Below, one piece after another: positions 21,668 to 34,400 of a stretch of DNA of 64,000 nucleotides; the stretch's first letter is position 1, and every line of letters begins with the position of its first letter. The notes beneath the pieces were generated by a model. The model made no database searches and had not been told where the DNA came from. It worked only from the letters and a program-made list of their open reading frames with translations. The translations under genes were made by a program, and so were the position numbers. The DNA is taken from positions 64,001 through 128,000 of the forward strand of contig JBHLNF010000003.1 in the NCBI GenBank assembly GCA_048937405.1, read 5' to 3'. Origin of the DNA: Promethearchaeota archaeon. GTDB taxonomy: Archaea > Asgardarchaeota > Lokiarchaeia > Sigyniarchaeales > SOKP01.

Positions 21668-21904
21668 TTATCTTTTTCTCCTTCTTAAGTTATCATGAAA
21701 TTGATACTTATTTAAAATAATTTCTTTATATGTTTTTTCAGGATATCTCTCTTTTTCCTTTTGAATGTAATCTTGTAATCCTAATTCATAGATTTCTAAA
21801 AACATTGATTCAATTTTTTTTAAATCTGTTTTATTCCTTAACTCTATCCTTCCTTTAAAATCTCTAATAATTTTTCTAAATTTATTATCTGATTTAGCTG
21901 TCAT
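21668..21904 (-). CDS. Small basic protein abutting the nucleotidyltransferase; possible antitoxin-like partner
   Basis: 78 aa; its stop codon directly adjoins the ATG of the nucleotidyltransferase. Confidence 0.6.
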   Translation of the reverse strand: MTAKSDNKFRKIIRDFKGRIELRNKTDLKKIESMFLEIYELGLQDYIQKEKERYPEKTYKEIILNKYQFHDNLRRRKR

Positions 21905-22382
21905 CTATAATTTTGTATTATTAATTCCTTTAAATATAATAATAGGAAAATGATTTATTAATAACTTGCAATTGACATATTTTCTTAGAGGTTTTTTAAA
22001 TTACTCACTGGCACAAAAGCTATAATGATATTTAAAAAAATGTATTCTATAAGAGAATTTAACAAGATTTTTTCCATATAATATCAATATTCAAAGTTTT
22101 CCCATATGACAGTATAGATAATTATATAATTGTCCTATTTATGTATTTTATTCGAAAAATACGACAAAATAGAGTATATTCAAAATAATATCGAGATTTA
22201 CAAAAATAAACTTTAAATATAAGTCGTAAATTAATTATGTTCGTATCTTCAATAGAGGGTAAATAATTGAAATTTAATGTTTATTATTCAAAAACAATAG
22301 AAAGAAAGGAAGATGTCCAAGGTTTTAGATATTTTCATACTGGTCCTCGGAATTTTTTGAATAATGAAATCATCATTTTCCT

Positions 22383-22394
22383 CTATATAAAAAG
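22383..22394 (+). promoter_or_regulatory. Candidate TATA box for the giant gene
   Basis: CTATATAAAAAG about 50-60 nt upstream of GTG 22445/ATG 22457. The AT-rich context makes this weak. Confidence 0.25.
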
Positions 22395-22456
22395 TATTTT
22401 TCATTAAGAGTATAAAGAAAATTTAAATAAAAATGATCAAATAGGTGCCAGATTAT

Positions 22457-25400
22457 ATGAGTAAAATAAAACAGGAACCAAATGAACTTAAATTGTCTAA
22501 TATGAAAAACAAGGAGAGATTCTACAACATAAAATTATCAAAAATTACTAATAAAAATAGGCTTTGTCAATATAATGGACAATTTAATGAAATTAGAAGA
22601 TTTAGGCAATGGCTATATAGAAATAATCTGTCTTTTTTAAAATTTAAAGAAGAGTTGCAAAATATCTGGAGTATTTTCAAGCGATATGAAGAAACTAAGA
22701 TGTACACCACACATGATCTTCTTTTTATGAAGATAATTAGACAACGAAATATTAATTCCTCCTCACTTATCATCTCTAAAGAATTCCATTCTATTTTGAA
22801 TAAAGAGAAAATGCAATTGTATCAATTATTAAAAAGAATTTCTGAAAATTATAAGCATCAAACTCATGTAGGGTTTTTAGATTATTATTCTTCAGATAAT
22901 CAAGAAAGACCTATTACCTCATCAAGTGCAAGTGGTCTATTAACTAAAGAAATAGGATGGAAACAAAATCGAATTATTCCCTATGATGATCCAACAAGTA
23001 GGGAAGTATGGGAGGAAAACCAAATTCTAGAATATCACCTTGCACAAAAAGAAGAAATTACTCAAAAACGCTTATTGGAAAGAAAAAAACTTTATAAAAA
23101 AGATCTGCAAATACAAAAAAAACTCGAAATAGAATACCGAACAAAATTAGATGAAGTCTCTAATGATTTACGTTGGATAAGATTGTTAAACAATAATAAT
23201 GATTTTAATGTTATATCAATTCTCAAGGAAAAGGAAAAATTTGAACACTTTTTTGTAGAAAACAACTTACCAGATCAAGAGTATATTGCTTTTCTTAGAC
23301 TATATAAGGAGATAAAAAAAAGATATAATTTTTTAAAAAAAATCGGATACCAAAAACACACTTCGTTATCATATAGAGAGGCTCAGTTAAATTTCCTAAA
23401 AGAACAGGAATGTTTAATTAATGATTATTTTAATGGTATTAAAAGAAATAATGAATTTATAAAGCAAACATCTTCTTTCAATAAACAAGCCCGTCAATTT
23501 ATTAGAAACATTATTAAAAATAATTCCTCTCTTAATTTAACTTCAGAACACCCAGAATTCTTGTTTATTAATCATGATAAAGAAAAGATTGAGAAAATAC
23601 CATATTACTTAGATTGTATAAACGATTTGTTGATTTTAGCTCAAAATAGAAAATATGTTAAAAAAATCTTGACAAAGAATATTAATTCTATTAAAATACA
23701 GAAGAAGAACAATCATAAAAAACAAGAGAAATCATCAGAAAAAGAAAACCTCTATTCAAAAAAAATTTTTAAAAATAAATTTGCCAAAAATTTTGTGAAA
23801 TCTTTACCTTTGATAAGTTTGGTTTTGGTACCTCTTTTAATGGTGTTTTCTCCTGGAGATAACTTTTATTCTGGATATTTATTAACTTACTTTCCTTTTA
23901 TGCAAGTTCTAATCTTTACTATTTGTCTTTTAATATACACTTGGGATCTAGTTTTGTCAAAAGCTCAATTATTATTTGTTACAGTATCGCCGATAATTCT
24001 TTTTAATCTTATAGTACTGATCAGTGAAATTTTCGGAGCGAGAGTATCTTTGTATATAACTCCAATTATGCTGATCCCTTCATATTTTGTATTAAGAAAT
24101 ATCCCTAAAAAAATCGAACGTGAATCTGAAAATTTAAAGCATTTATACCACAAAAGTAAAATATTAATTCTGTGGGTTTTGCTATCTATATCTTTTGTTC
24201 TTTTTTGGATAATTTTTGTTTTTTTTCCACGACTTCTATTTGTACCTGCATTTATAATAATTGTATCTATTGTTTTGTTTACTAAAAAATGTAATTATCA
24301 AAAGAGCAGAATTGTTGACCAATTAAAGAAAAAGTACTTTGACTATCGCTATCGAAAAAGTTCTCAAAAAGAGTTTTCATGCTATAATGCGAACAATTAT
24401 AGAGCCGCCCTATTAATGGCAATATTTCTTGTATTTATGCCATTACTTTTCTCAATTAATTCTATTGTTCGTATTGACTGTCCAGATCTTCAATTTTCGC
24501 GAATACCCCAGGATTTAAGACTTAAAACAAGTGATATAGATTATGATAACTTAGAATATCTTTCTTCACTCGATGTATTAGAAGACTTATCATTCAATGG
24601 CAAGTTTATTGCAAGATGCCAAATATCACCTAATTGGGGTGCAAGCGCTTCAATTAGAGTTCGCTTAATACCTAAAAACGTGACTCCAGTAGAAGGGTAT
24701 CAATTAAAAAAATTCTATGATATTTATTCCAAAGATAAAACAGGTCCTTTAAAAAATTATAGTCTAATTACTCATATTTCATTAAACGAATTAGATCTAT
24801 TACCAGGGAAATATGAGGCAAAGGTATACTACACTGAAATATCAGGATTTTCATATAGAATTGCTGAACCAAAAATATATGAAGTAACGTTAGAAAAAGA
24901 TGCCTTGAAAATCCTACCCACCCACCCATTTGATTTAGGAGAAGATGTAAATTACGGAGCGGTCTATACTTTTGAATATGAAAATTCCTGGAATATCACT
25001 TTTGATGGGAGATTAACAAATTCATTGGAAGAAGGTATTCAAGCAAATTTAACCTTATTTCTTGAGGACCATAACAAATGGGTCAATATTGCAAATATTA
25101 CCACGACAGAAAATGGCTCATTTTTCTTTGAGTATGCAAAATTTGGCTCCTTCGAGGTAAATGCGTTGGCTAAAATTGAGTTTGCGGGGGATGATCTTTA
25201 TGAACCCCTTATGTACGAAGAATATGCGGGACTTGAATTTTCCATTGATGGAGGAAGATTTTTTAGGGATGAGGATGGAGATGGGTATCCTGATTGGCCA
25301 TATAGTTTGTATGATTTGCTTGAAGCGCTAAAAGCGCAGGATGAGTATTATTCGAATGCTCTCGATTTTTTTGATGAGTTTGATACGGGGTACGGTTCTA

Positions 25401-28400
25401 CCACAACAGAAACCATCCACGGTTATACCGGTACCTTGAACGGCAATACAGCATGGGGATCGGGTGTTCGGGATTACGGACTTGTTCTTGATGGAGATGG
25501 TAATATTATGTATGATATCAATGAGTTCTTTAATATCTATATGTATGCTACTTATTCAATTCTTTCCTATGAATATTTTAGTGGTGGTGGAACATATGGA
25601 TCAACAGGTTCACCGACCACCACTTCCAGCGAGATAAGGACAGCGGGTGGTGAACCTGTAGCTGAGATATATTCTGCCCAGACTGCACTGGATATCAATA
25701 GAATAGTGGGTGGTGGGGGTAGCTTTGATAGCACCTTATCGGCGGGAACCGTAGCAAATGTAAATAGGGACATATACATAAGTGAATCAACAGAGTTACA
25801 TCCTACATCGTCGACCACAAGTGTTGAGAGAGGTGGTGAGGACTGGTCGAACCCAGGGAATGTGCAGTCCCAGGATAATGTCTACGCTTCTGCCGATTTG
25901 GTAGAAGGTGGTGGGAGCGGTGTTATCATTGAGGATTATGTGGATAGTGATACCTCGGATGTGGATGGGGTACCTGATGAGGGGACCTTAAGTGATTTCA
26001 ATAATATGCAAACGGTGGATGCCACCCATTCGACTATTACCGAGGAGGGTATTGGTGGTAGTGGAGGTACTTTCGGGTATGGGATAGGAGAGGGGAATAC
26101 AGTGACATCAAACGGCTTTTTGTATGTGGCCGGTGTTACGGGTTCCACGATTGCCACCTTTACGGGAGATGGGGTGGTAGAGAGTATTTGGATAGACATT
26201 TATGAGGATTACGGTGGAGTGCTTGATTTTTATCTGGGTACCATATCTGGAACTAGTTTTGTGTTCAAACAGTACGATCCGATTTGTTCTATTGATCCTT
26301 CGGTTGTGGGTTGGCAGGAGTTTACAGCCCCTGATGATTTTACGGCGTTTATGGTGGAAGCGGGGGATGTGTTGGGCTTTTATAGCAGTACCAGTGCGGT
26401 AACGGTAGGAAGATCTAGTTCGGGGTCGTATATGTCCTATCATTACAGTAGTGCGACTCGTCCGTATAGCGGAAGTGTTACGCTTAGCTCTTCGACGAGT
26501 AGGAGATTAGAGATCTTGGCAACGGCAAGTCCGCTTTCGTCTGATTATGTAGCAGAGCAAGAAGTGCAATTTACTGATGTAATGGACTTTATGGCAGTGG
26601 AAGAGCTGTGTATTAACACGGGTAGTATGGGTGCAGAAGACCTGGCGGTGGAATACTGGGACGGAGATTCTTGGGAGGTGATTGCCTCAGATTTAACCGC
26701 ATCAGCCTGGAATAATTATTCTGTGTCATTAGATAGTTCAGCTTTTACGGTTCGTTTTAGCGACGGTACCAAGACGGGAGATACCACTACGCAGGATAGC
26801 TGGACTATCGATGCAATGTTGTTGAAATACTCCGGGGGGGGTGTTAATGAGGATTATGTGGATAGTGATACCTCGGATGTGGATGGAGCGGGAGATCTCG
26901 GAGCATTGGCTGATTTTGATGATATGAAGGCAACAGATAGTTCTTATTCGACGCTGACCGAAACATCTGGATCAGTGGTGTGGTATAATGGTACGACTCC
27001 CAGTGATTTAATATTGGTTACGAGTCCTGATATATCCGGTACAGCGGTAACTTATACCACTTTTAATGAGGGCAATCTTGCTACTGATGATGATGCGTAT
27101 GGAGGTTTTAATATCCAAGACGAAGGTAGTGGGAATCCAACACAACAGGTGTTTCACTATTTTGATTTTGATATATCCGGTCTTGGAATTAGCGGTTCTG
27201 AATTAGACCAATTAATATTTGAGGCGGAGTATTATTTCCACGGTGGTACCTCTCTTGCTCCTGTTTCATCTGCTGATGTGTGGGAAATGGAAGGTAATTC
27301 CATCGATAGCGCTATTATGATTTATGATTGGACTGCATTATCGTGGTCGGTAATGGGGAGTATGGATTTCTTGAATGAAAACAATCTAGCAAATTGGGAC
27401 CAAACCAGTGATACAAATGCCGAGAGACCGTTGATTCGATCTAAAACCTCGGGATTCACGGACGGTCATATTAGTGGTAGTGGAATTATCCGCATCATGT
27501 GTAATATCACAGGCACTTTTCAAGGAACTTCCTATGACGGAGTCGGAGTAGTTGATTATGCTAAAATAGATTTCTGTTACTCCTCGGGAAGTGAGTATCA
27601 ACTGGAGCAGGAGGTACAATTTGAAGACATTCCTGATGAGGCGGATCAGATGCCAATAAAGGAGTTATGTATTAAAACGGGTAGCATGGGAGCGGAAGAC
27701 TTGGCGGTGGAATACTGGAACGGTGATTCTTGGGAAACATTATTCTCAGATCTAACAGCTTCTTCGTGGAATAATATCAGCATCTTAGGTTATCTATCAG
27801 CACCGACCTTTATTATTCGTTTCAGCGATGGTGCCAAAACTTCGGATGTATCAGGAGATGTGTGGAATATCGATGTGGTGTTGATTCATCTTGAGAATTC
27901 CGGCGGCGGAAGTGGTGGAGGAAACTCAGAATCGGATTGTTTACGTATTGATTTAGATTACATTTTGCCCGGAGCGGATCTTATAGAGGGATTAACTATA
28001 GATGGTATTGAGGTTCGCATTGATAGGCACGCAAGTGTAGCAAGTGCTCTTCTGGATTATTGGGTACAGCTACGCAATGCGTCGGGTCCGAAAGGTGATA
28101 ATAAGGCAAGTGCGGTGTACTGGGATGCTACTGACACGGACACCTATACGGTGTATGGAAGTTCGTTCGATGTATGGGGAACATCATGGACGGTAGCCGA
28201 GATTAACAGTGGTGGATTTGGAATAGACATAGTGGTAAACGCAAGTACTAACAGTATTGCTTATATAGATCATGTGATTGTATTGGTGTATTATTCAGGG
28301 TTTGTGTCTGGAAGGGAGTGGCAGAATCCAACAGGTGCGCAGGTACAAGATGATATAGTTACCTTTACAGAGTTTGAGGGATTGATCGAAAGTGAATCTG

Positions 28401-31400
28401 ATTGGTTGAGGTTAACTGATTTTGGCTTTATGATCCCCAGTACGGCAATCATTACCGGAATTGAGGTGGCTATGGATAGGTATGCGAATGTAAGTTCTAT
28501 TTATAGTAATGGTTTGTATTTACTCAAGTCTGGTGTGGAAGTTGGAATTGGAAAAGATATTGGAACTATATGGGACACCGTTGATGATGATAATTATGAT
28601 GTGTTCGGAGGTCCCGGAGAGTTGTGGGATGAGTCGTGGAGTTATTCTGATATTAATGATCCTGAATTTGGGATTCAATTGTCCGTATCTTCTATAGAAT
28701 CTTTTGATAGAAAAGCCTGTATTGATGATTTGAATATAACTATATATTATATCGAGCCGGAAGTTACTGCTGAGGTGTGGTTTGATGCGTTAAATTCCTT
28801 GGCACAAGACGATAATAGCGTCTATGTAGTGTTTAATGCAACGACAGAAAATAGTTCAAATTGGCTACGGTTGAGTAATTTTGGCTTTTCACTTCCCTCT
28901 GATGTGGTTATTAATGGTATTACGGTGGAGGTAGATAGAGCGGCAACTCAGAGTGCTGCGATCAGAGACGGCGAGATCTATCTGCGGAAGACAAGCGGTC
29001 GGGTTGGTGATAATAAGGCAAGTGCCTCGTGGTGGGATACTGTGGATGATGATGTGTATGATAGCTATGGTGGATCAACAGATTTGTGGGGGACTACATG
29101 GTCTTATTCTGATATTAACGATCCAGAGTTCGGAGTGGATCTGTATGTGGAAAATTTCGGAACGGGTGATGTCAATGCCAGTATCGATCATATAGTAATT
29201 ACGGTGGATTATACTCTACTCCCTCAGAATCAGCAACCCTGGGTGAATTCTCACTATGCGGGAGATCAGGATGATGATGAAACTTATGCCTCGTTTAGCA
29301 CGTCAACAGAAAGCAGTTCTGATTGGCTGATGCTGACAAATTTTGGTTTCTCTTTGCCATCAGATGCGGTAATCGATGGTATTACAGTAGAAATAGATAG
29401 GTTCGCAACCCAAGCATCTTCGATTAGAGACGTGGCGGTGTATCTAATGAATACAAGTGGCCCAGTTGGTGATAATAAAGCCAGCGCCTCGTGGTGGGAT
29501 ACCATGGATGATGATAACTACGATAGTTATGGCGGTGCATCTGATTTGTGGGGGATTACTTGGGACTATTCAGATATCAACAATCCTGATTTCGGTATGG
29601 TGATGTATGTGGAGTATCTAGGGTCTATGGCTACTGAAGCCAGAATTGATCATGTTCGTATTATCGTCAATTATACGATTCAGCCTACATTACAGCAGGA
29701 TAGCGGTGTTGTACGTCCTGATGGGGATGTTATGACTCAGTGGAATGCGTCGACAGCAGGGGATCATTATCTCTTACTTAATGAAGGTATTATCGATCCC
29801 ACGGTACCCAATACTAATAGCGGGTATATCTTTACTTCCAGTTCCAGTAGTGGATCATATATTATTGATGAATTTACGATGGAAACACTTGATATCAGCA
29901 GCGGAAATATCACACAAATCGAGATTAAAGTCTACGGCAATGAAACAATAAGTATTGATTCTACCATAGATGTATATTGCGGTGGTAGCTGGCTAGGAGC
30001 GCAACAACTAAATATGGGCACAAACGGATGGTATACCTATACCTGGAATGGGTTAAGTTTATCACAGGCGGATTTAGATGGAATGCAGGTAAAGTTTAAT
30101 TCAATCGTTCCCGATCCGATTCTTTCCAATCCAACCTACGAAGATTTTGATTTTGTACAATACGGAGATATTGTAGATCATATTCTCGGAAGTTCAAATA
30201 GCCAAACCGTAATTACCTCGTGGATTTTTCCAACCGCATTAACTTCAAATGTGAGTGAAAACGGATTGAATAATGTATTTATTTCAAAAAATGGTAATCT
30301 AGAATTGGGAATCAGCGAAGATGGACATCTACAGGTGTATATGAAGACAGTCGGTGCTGAAGCAACCGCCGAATATGGTACTTTTGGAGGAATAGACTTG
30401 GACCAATGGACCTATATTGCGGTGCGATATGATAAGGGTGATGTTGATGTGCTTATCGGGGATGCTTGGTACACCTCGGCAATCGGTGATGTTCCAGAAC
30501 CATGGAACGGTGGTGGAAATTTTATTAGTGGTGCTGAATTTATCATCGGTGCAGAACTTACTAACTATATCTGCTTTACAGGAAGATTAGATGAGGTAAG
30601 TCTGTTTAATCGATCGGTTTCTGATTCAGAGATTGAGCATCACGGTACTCGATCAATTCCTCCCTCACTTGATTTTCATCTTGAGTTTGAAGAAAATACT
30701 GGTTACTCTACCTTCGATTCCGTGCATAATTACGAAGGGACTTTAGAAGGAAATACAGCGTGGGTTAGTGGGTATGATGGTTACGGTCTCAATTTTGATG
30801 GACAGGGTACTATTGTGTATGAAGAAAGATTTGCATCATATATGTATGCCACCTATTCGATTATTTCCTATGAATATTTTAGTGGTGGGGGTAGCTTTGA
30901 TAACACCTTATCGGCGGGAACCGCAGCAAATGTGGATAGGGATTTAGGTAGTAGCAGTACAGAACTTACTCGGTCTCCAGCTACAACGACCTCGGTTGAC
31001 AGAGGCGGTGAAGACTGGTCGAACCTAGAGAATGTGCAGTCCCAGGATAATGTCTACGCTTCTGCCGATTTGGTAGAAGGTGGTGGGAGCGGTGTTATCA
31101 TTGAGGATTATGTGGATAGTGATACCTCGGATGTGGATGGAGTTCCTGATGAGGGGACCTTAATTGATTTCAATAATATGCAGGCATTGGATGTAATATA
31201 TGCAACTATCACAGAGGTTGGTGATAGTGGAGAGGGAGGTACTTTCGGGTACGGGATAGGAGAGGGGGATACAGTGACATCAAACGGCTTTTTGTATGTG
31301 GCTGGGGTTACGGGTTCCACGGTTGCCACCTTTACGGGAGATGGGATGGTAGAGAGTATTTGGATAGATATTTATGAGGATTATGGAGGAGTGCTTGATT

Positions 31401-34400
31401 TTTATCTGGGTACCATATCTGGAACTAGTTTTGTGTTCAAGCAGTACGATCCGATTTGTTCTATTGATCCTTCGGCTGTGGGTTGGCAGGAGTTTACAGC
31501 CCCTGATGATTTTACGGCGTTTATGGTGGAAGCGGGGGATGCGCTGGGCTTTTATAGTAGTACCAGTGCGGTAACGGTAGGAAGGTCAAGCTCAGGGTCG
31601 TATATGTCCTATCATTACAGTAGTGCGACTCGTCCGTATAGCGGAAGTGTTACGCTTAGTTCTTCGACGAGTAGGAGATTAGAGATCTTGGCAACGGCAA
31701 GTCCGCTTTCGTCTGATTATGTGGTGGAGCAAGAAGTGCAATTTACTGATGTAATGGACTTTATGGCAGTGGAAGAGCTGTGTATTAACACGGGTAGTAT
31801 GAGTGCAGAAGACCTGGCGGTGGAATACTGGGACGGAGATTCCTGGGAGGTGATTGCCTCAGATTTAACCGCATCAGCCTGGAATAATTATTCTGTGTCA
31901 TTGGATAGCTCAACCTTTACCGTTCGGTTTAGTGATAGTACCAAGACGGGAGATACCACTACGCAGGATAGTTGGACTATCGATGCAATGTTGTTGAAGT
32001 ATTCCGGGGTGGGTGTCAATGAGGATTATGTGGATAGTGATGCCTCCAATGTGGATGGAGTTTCTGATTTAGGAAATTTAATTAATTTTGATGATATGAA
32101 GGCAATAGATAGTAGTTATTCGACATTGACCGAAACATCGGTAGGTGGGAGTAATATAGAGTTTGTTGATTCTACCGAAGTAATCGGTAGTCAATCAATG
32201 TCTTTAAGTGTTCCTTCTGTACAAAACGGAGATTTTATGATCACGATTGTGGCTCATTCTGATGATAATCCTACTACAACACTTACACCTCCTTTGGGAT
32301 GGACATTGCAACGGGATAAGACAAATATGGGTACAACAGCGGTTTCACCTCCGGTGATTTATGTGTATTACAGAATTGCGAATAATGAACCGTCGTCTTA
32401 TATCTGGAGTTGGGATACCGCAGGTGGTGTAGTGGGTGTGTGTCTGGCTTACAGAAATGTTGATACTGTTACAGCAATAGATATTGATTCTTTAAATGCC
32501 CAGACGAGTTCTGGAACAGATGTCATATCACCGAGTATAGTGACCAATAATGATGGGGATTGGATAATTTCGATAGAGTGGCATGACGATGATGATGGTG
32601 TAACTGGTCCTTCTGATAGCGGGTTCACTGTACGACATGATGTGCAAACCGCAACAGGAGGGAATGGATTGGGGATAGGTGTTGGTGATGAGTATCGAGC
32701 TACTGTTGGTTCAACAGGAACGAGAACTTGGACCCTTTCCTCTTCTGAGGAGCGGAGCGGTATTATGCTTTCCATTACTCCAGCTGCGGGTTCAAGCGAA
32801 TATCAACTGAACCAGGAGGTGCAATTTGAAGGCATTCCTGATGAGGCGGATCAGATGCCAGTACAGGAGTTATGTATTAAAACGGGTAGCATGGGAGCGG
32901 AAGACCTGGCTATGGAATACTGGGACGGGGATTCCTGGGAAGTACTTGCTTCTGATTTAGTAGCCTCTTCGTGGAACAATATCAGCATCGTAGGTTATCT
33001 ATCATCAGCGACCTTTACCGTTCGGTTCAGCGATGGTACCAAAACCTCGGATGGATCAGGAGATGTGTGGAATATCGATGCGGTGTTGATTCATCTTGAG
33101 AATTCTGGTGGTGAAGGAGGAAGTGCTGAATCAGATCTTTTACGATGCACTGATTTTGATTTTTCCAGTATTCCAGATACAGCAACAATAGATGGTATTA
33201 CTGTAGAAATTGATAAGTATACGGATGTATCTGATGCTATTTCAGATTATTCCATACGCCTTAGAAATTCAGGTGGTCCAAAGGGAAGTGATAAAGCCAG
33301 CGCTTCGTATTGGTCTACCTCTGATACTGATACTTACACGGTCTATGGCAGTTCAACTGATCTGTGGGACACTTCATGGATGGTTTCTGAGATTAAAAGC
33401 GCAAATTTTGGGGTAGATATTATAGCAGAAACGGGTACCAGTGCCAGTGCGTTTATTGATCATGTACAGATCAAAATAAATTATATCGAATCTTTTTCAG
33501 GTAGGGAGTGGCAAAATCCGAGTAATGCAAATACTCAGGATGATGTTGACACTATTGTGGTATTTACTACTACTTCTGAAGATACTTCTGATATATTACG
33601 ACTTACAAATTTTGGATTTATAATTTCTGATATCGTAAATATTGTAGGTATCGAAGTGGGATTTGATCGTGAGGCAAATATTACAAATTCTATCACCGAT
33701 GGCTATCTAAAATTATTGAAAGCTGGATCTCCAGTAGGAGATGATAAAGCGACGACAACACCTTGGACGGTTGGAGACGATGATACATATGATATATTTG
33801 GCGCTTCCGATGATCTGTGGGGTACTTCGTGGACATATTCTGATATTAACGATAATGGGTTTGGAGTGGAGTTGTTTGTAAATTATACGGGTTCTTCCAA
33901 TGCTGAGGCTAGAATTGATCATATCCATATTACCGTGTATTATACGGTACCACCATCTTTACAGCAGGATAGTGGTATAATACGTCCATATGGGGATGTT
34001 TCTGCTCAGTGGAATGGATCTGATGTGGGAGATCATTTCAGTTTATTGAATGATATTGTTATAGATCCTACCATTCCAGATATCAACCTCGGATATATTT
34101 TTTCTTCCAGTAGAAGCTCTGGACCGTATATTGTTGATGAATTTACTATGGATACATTGGATATCAATAATGGTAATGTAACGCAAATTACCATAAAAGT
34201 ATACGGCAATGAAACCGATATTGATTCTAGGGTGGATGTGTATTGTGGTGGTAGTTGGTTAGGAGCTAAACAGTTGAATATGGGTTCGATCCCAGGATGG
34301 TATATTTATACTTGGAGCGGATTAAGTTTATCTCAGGCTGATCTTGGAGGGATGCAAGTGAGATTCAACTCGACCGTTCCCACGCCAGGACCAATAGAAT

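Larger units (their letters stand above)
25361..30643 (+). other. LamG/concanavalin-A-like domain 1, split by a ~1547-aa insertion
   Basis: N-half FDEFDTGYGSTT..GTLNGNTAWGSG...LVLDGDG (25361-25501). C-half DFDFVQYG...TSWIFP...DQWTYIAVRY...IIGA...FTGRLDEVSLFNRSVSDSEI (30143-30643). Confidence 0.8.

Noticed and set aside
22433-22444. Minimal upstream ORF ATG-ATC-AAA-TAG directly before the giant gene's GTG
   Set aside because: Three codons in AT-rich DNA are expected by chance, and nothing indicates a regulatory role.
25502-30142. Intein or intron explaining the split LamG domains
   Set aside because: No Cys/Ser...His-Asn splice motifs or homing endonuclease motifs. The inserts are extracellular-type domains in frame.
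25829-32139. Diversity-generating retroelement template/variable repeat pair
   Set aside because: Differences between the copies are not adenine-specific (C/T and T/G changes are seen), both copies are coding, and no reverse transcriptase is in the window.
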